34,161 nucleotides of DNA from Candidatus Sumerlaeota bacterium (GTDB taxonomy: Bacteria > Sumerlaeota > Sumerlaeia > JADFCT01): assembly GCA_017161665.1 (NCBI GenBank), contig JADFCT010000001.1:1-34161 (forward strand). Reading direction: 5' to 3'. Made by a program: the position numbers and the translations under genes. How positions within the stretch are numbered: the first letter of the stretch is position 1; each line of letters begins with the position of its first letter. The notes beneath the pieces were generated by a model that worked only from the letters and a program-made list of their open reading frames with translations, did not search any database and had not been told where the DNA came from. Shown in pieces: positions 31,791 through 34,161 of this stretch.

Positions 31791-32864
31791 TCAGGGGCAC
31801 ACGAACTTTGGATCCACAACGCACCGGTAGTAGTACCGAAAACCTTGAACCGCTTCCGCGAGTTCGGGAACACCCAACATCACGTCACCCTCCGTATAGT
31901 AGTCGCGAGAATAGTACGATTGTAACGCGCCATCGACAAACTTGACGATGGACATTCCGGGAGCGCTGAATTCCGCGCCGTTGAAAGTCCCGGACATGGT
32001 CCAGGTTGCCATGTAGATCCCATCGACCAGAGTCTCGTCCTCGACGGTGGTGTACAGTTCTGATGATCCGGCAAACAGTCGGCCGAGGAACTCGGCCATT
32101 GTGTCGGGGCCGTAGATATCGACGATGGGATCATGGTACTCATAATTGTCTGCCAGGTATGGCAGGACGTTCGTCCAGTTCATGGCATGGATCTCGACCA
32201 GCTGACGACCGACCTTCATCTGTGCGCGCCGCAGCTGCTCCGGTGAACGCAGGCGATTGTCGCGTCCGCGCAGCGCCTGTGGATTGTCCGTCGCCTTCAA
32301 TCCGGTTTCGCTTTCGCCAGCCATGAAAGGACCTGCCAGCGGGCAATCAAACGTCGGATCCACAGTGCATCGATAGACCGTTCGGAAGCCTTCGATTGCC
32401 TGGTCCAAGCCCGGAATGGTGGTCATGATATCCCCTTCGGAATAGTAGTCACGCTGGTAGTACACCATCGCTGTGCGGGGGCGGAACTTGAAGATGGAGA
32501 TGCCCTTGGCCTCATAGGGAACGCCGAGGAACTGACCGAACATAACCCAGGTGGCGGAATAGATATCCCCCTCCAGGGTCTCGTCCTCGACAATCGTCAC
32601 CAGATCGGGCGAGGCGCCCAGAAGCTGGTAAAGGAATCCGGTCATCTCCTGTATCCCGTAGATGTCCACGATGGGATCGTGATATTCAATATCGTCGGTG
32701 TAGTATGGCAAAACATCCGCCACGTTGGTTGACTGTACCTCGAGCAGGGCGCGGCCGACTTCCATTCGCTGCTCATAGAGCTGGGGGCGACCTGCGCTGG
32801 CTTGGGCCGGCAGAGTCATGACGCTGATCGAGACAAGCACGAAGGCTTGGAATTTTTTTTTCAT
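31791..32864 (-). CDS. Secreted protein made of two tandem ~170-aa NTF2/SnoaL-like repeats (function unknown)
   Basis: The track ORF is 31791..32945. I prefer ATG 32864 (AGGAGG 7 nt upstream), giving the signal peptide MKKKFQAFVLVSISVMTLPAQASA. The two halves align, for example YHDPIVDIYG, VEDETL, YYxRDYYxEGD(I/V)M and YRC(T/V)VDPxFxCP. The NTF2/SnoaL assignment is tentative. Confidence 0.72.
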   Translation of the reverse strand: MKKKFQAFVLVSISVMTLPAQASAGRPQLYEQRMEVGRALLEVQSTNVADVLPYYTDDIEYHDPIVDIYGIQEMTGFLYQLLGASPDLVTIVEDETLEGDIYSATWVMFGQFLGVPYEAKGISIFKFRPRTAMVYYQRDYYSEGDIMTTIPGLDQAIEGFRTVYRCTVDPTFDCPLAGPFMAGESETGLKATDNPQALRGRDNRLRSPEQLRRAQMKVGRQLVEIHAMNWTNVLPYLADNYEYHDPIVDIYGPDTMAEFLGRLFAGSSELYTTVEDETLVDGIYMATWTMSGTFNGAEFSAPGMSIVKFVDGALQSYYSRDYYTEGDVMLGVPELAEAVQGFRYYYRCVVDPKFVCP

Positions 32865-33197
32865 GGTTGGTCCTCCTGAAAAAGGTTGTGCACCATAAGA
32901 TTGCGCCCGGTACGTGTCAACTATTTTGCGACCTGCGTTAGCCATCGATTCGTTATTTGGGTCGCAACGGTGGAAGAATGGGGTGGGGGGGGAGGCGGTT
33001 GAGCAATCGACCGATTTTCAAGGGGACAATTGCTTTTAGATCCACCGGCGGAATCGATTTCATACGGATTGTTTTCAGAGAGCCTTATCGTTCACAACTT
33101 GAGCCCCAACGAGGAATTCGAAGACGCATCGGCCTTTTCGGCAGGGGCTATACTGAATTTGTGACTGTTCCCGGTCGCCTGAAATCCGGCAACAATT

Positions 33198-33230
33198 CCG
33201 GGGGCCGCTCCTGAACAGAGCGGCCCCCGG
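33198..33230 (-). terminator. Strong GC hairpin immediately downstream of the dockerin-protein stop (intrinsic terminator candidate)
   Basis: This is a perfect 13-bp inverted repeat, CCGGGGGCCGCTC / GAGCGGCCCCCGG, around a 7-nt loop. On the minus-strand RNA it is followed by AAUUGUUGCC. It begins 12 nt after the stop at 33242-33244. Confidence 0.6.
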
Positions 33231-33241
33231 CCTGCATGAAC

Positions 33242-34161
33242 TTACAGGATCGGGATGTGCGGCTGGTTGCCCAGCGTCCAGAAGTACAGCCCCACGGCAT
33301 CGATGTTGTTGAGATAACCGTTGGGCTGCACATCCGCATGTCCCACATGGGGGAGCGTCGTCAGATTGCCAAGGATCAGGTTGAAGATCATGATGGCGTC
33401 GAGGTTGTTGGTCCGACCGTCGCCGTTCACATCGCCCAGTTGCGGCCGTGAATTGGGATCCAGCATATCGGAGCCATAGACGGCTTCATAGAAATCCAGG
33501 AATCCATCGCCGTCGGTGTCGGGATTCGTGTCGTCAGGATCCCAGCCCTCGGGCAGTCCGTCGCCATCCTTGTCGATTGCCGAGGAGGGGTCGTTGGGAT
33601 CCAGCGGATTGGTCTCGAGGACGAGGACTTCCAGGCCATCGGAATAGCCGTCCCCGTCGGTGTCGAGCATTTTGGGATTGGTCAGGACAAGCGGACTGGA
33701 CGTAAATGTGTCGCATGAGCCAGGATCTTCCTGACCGTCGAGGAGTCCGTCGCCGTCTGAATCGGGCAACAGGCGGTGCGTAATGGTCAGCAGGGCCGCC
33801 GGCTCGACCGTCTCACAGTCATCCGGTTTCCCATCGCCATCCGTATCGGGTCCCGGCGTCGGCGTGGGACCCGGCGTGGGTGTCGGTGAGGGCGTCGGCG
33901 TGGCCGTTGGTGTCGGAGCCATCGTCGGCGTTACGGTTGGCGTCGGCGTCGGCGATGGAACAGCCGTCGGCGTAGGCGTCGGAGCCACCGTCGGCGTGGG
34001 CGTGGGCGATGGAGCCACCGTCGGCGTAGGCGTCGGCGCTTCTGTCGGCGTCACGGTCGGCGTGGGCGTTGGCGATGGAACCACCGTCGGCGTGGAAGTC
34101 GGATCCACTGTCGGCGTCGTCGGCGTGGGCGTGGGCGTCGGAGCCACGGTCGGCATCGTCG
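33242..34161 (-). CDS. Secreted modular protein (N-terminus outside the window): Pro/Thr-rich linker, thrombospondin-type-3-like Ca-binding repeats, C-terminal type-I dockerin-like domain
   Basis: The frame is open to the right edge, and the track start at 34156 is only the first in-window start codon. TSP3-like repeats are [52 protein letters not shown] and [12 protein letters not shown]. The dockerin-like pair of EF-hand loop-helix segments is [23 protein letters not shown] and [23 protein letters not shown] (nt ~33266-33439). Confidence 0.8.
   Translation of the reverse strand, partial: TMPTVAPTPTPTPTTPTVDPTSTPTVVPSPTPTPTVTPTEAPTPTPTVAPSPTPTPTVAPTPTPTAVPSPTPTPTVTPTMAPTPTATPTPSPTPTPGPTPTPGPDTDGDGKPDDCETVEPAALLTITHRLLPDSDGDGLLDGQEDPGSCDTFTSSPLVLTNPKMLDTDGDGYSDGLEVLVLETNPLDPNDPSSAIDKDGDGLPEGWDPDDTNPDTDGDGFLDFYEAVYGSDMLDPNSRPQLGDVNGDGRTNNLDAIMIFNLILGNLTTLPHVGHADVQPNGYLNNIDAVGLYFWTLGNQPHIPIL
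33848..34161 (-). repeat. Coding low-complexity tandem repeat (Pro-Thr linker; units like [16 protein letters not shown])
   Basis: The protein reads ...[63 protein letters not shown]. The DNA shows recurring ggcgtcggcgt / ggcgtgggcgt units up to the window edge. Confidence 0.85.

Noticed and set aside
32980-32998. G-rich tract GGGGTGGGGGGGGAGGCGG upstream of the NTF2-like gene (possible G-quadruplex)
   Set aside because: Only three clean G3+ runs can be drawn and the fourth is GG. It is an isolated occurrence with no supporting context.
1-34161. Scan for CRISPR arrays, rRNA, tRNA, tmRNA, RNase P RNA, IS elements, integrases, prophage, toxin-antitoxin and known defence systems
   Set aside because: I saw no periodic repeat-spacer structure, no conserved RNA cores and no transposase, recombinase, reverse-transcriptase or nuclease motifs in any of the translated frames. 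The absence rests on inspection by eye only.

Overview
This is a 34,161-nt chromosomal-looking window, moderately GC-rich and densely coding. It holds about 20 protein genes, two of which run off the window edges. I saw no rRNA, tRNA, CRISPR array, transposase, integrase, phage gene or recognisable defence gene. The gene content suggests a diderm, glycan-scavenging environmental bacterium: Lnt, SPOR repeats and PilT, plus a secreted GH29 fucosidase, a GH62-like/DUF1080 fusion and a dockerin protein with a Pro/Thr linker. The lineage cannot be assigned from the sequence alone. Layout, left to right: 1-2172 GH29 fucosidase (-); 2391-3509 REC-histidine kinase (+); 3752-7336 SPOR/TM/acidic-tail protein (+); 7590-13364 zinc-finger + TPR megaprotein (+); 13426-14376 SDR epimerase (-); 14625-16313 lnt (+). 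Next comes a co-directional minus-strand block from 25555 down to 16308: lysine-less lipoyl-like domain, PfkB kinase, ribF, cNMP-binding protein, aldo/keto reductase, Cache sensor with a Cys/His tail, and an N-terminally extended glnE. A plus-strand block follows at 25922-28701: a small protein resembling the N-terminal module of HD-GYP proteins, an HDOD protein, pilT and HU. The window ends with the GH62-like/DUF1080 fusion, tpx, a tandem-duplicated NTF2-like secreted protein and a dockerin protein. The best candidate for an undescribed system is the gene pair at 3752-13364. Gene 1 is a peptidoglycan-anchored (SPOR) type-I membrane protein whose ~480-aa cytoplasmic acidic tail carries a repeated (D/E)-hydrophobic-D-hydrophobic-G motif. 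Gene 2 is a 1,924-aa cytoplasmic protein made of a primase-type CHC2 zinc finger plus TPR repeats. This follows the logic of FimV/HubP polar hubs but uses different parts. Secondary candidates are the Cache sensor whose only output is a conserved CxxC...HxxCxxC tail, glnE with ACT-like N-terminal domains, the small-protein/HDOD/orphan-pilT/HU operon, and a triple direct repeat in its divergent promoter region. All calls come from motif recognition by eye on the supplied ORF track and my own translations. No database search was run.
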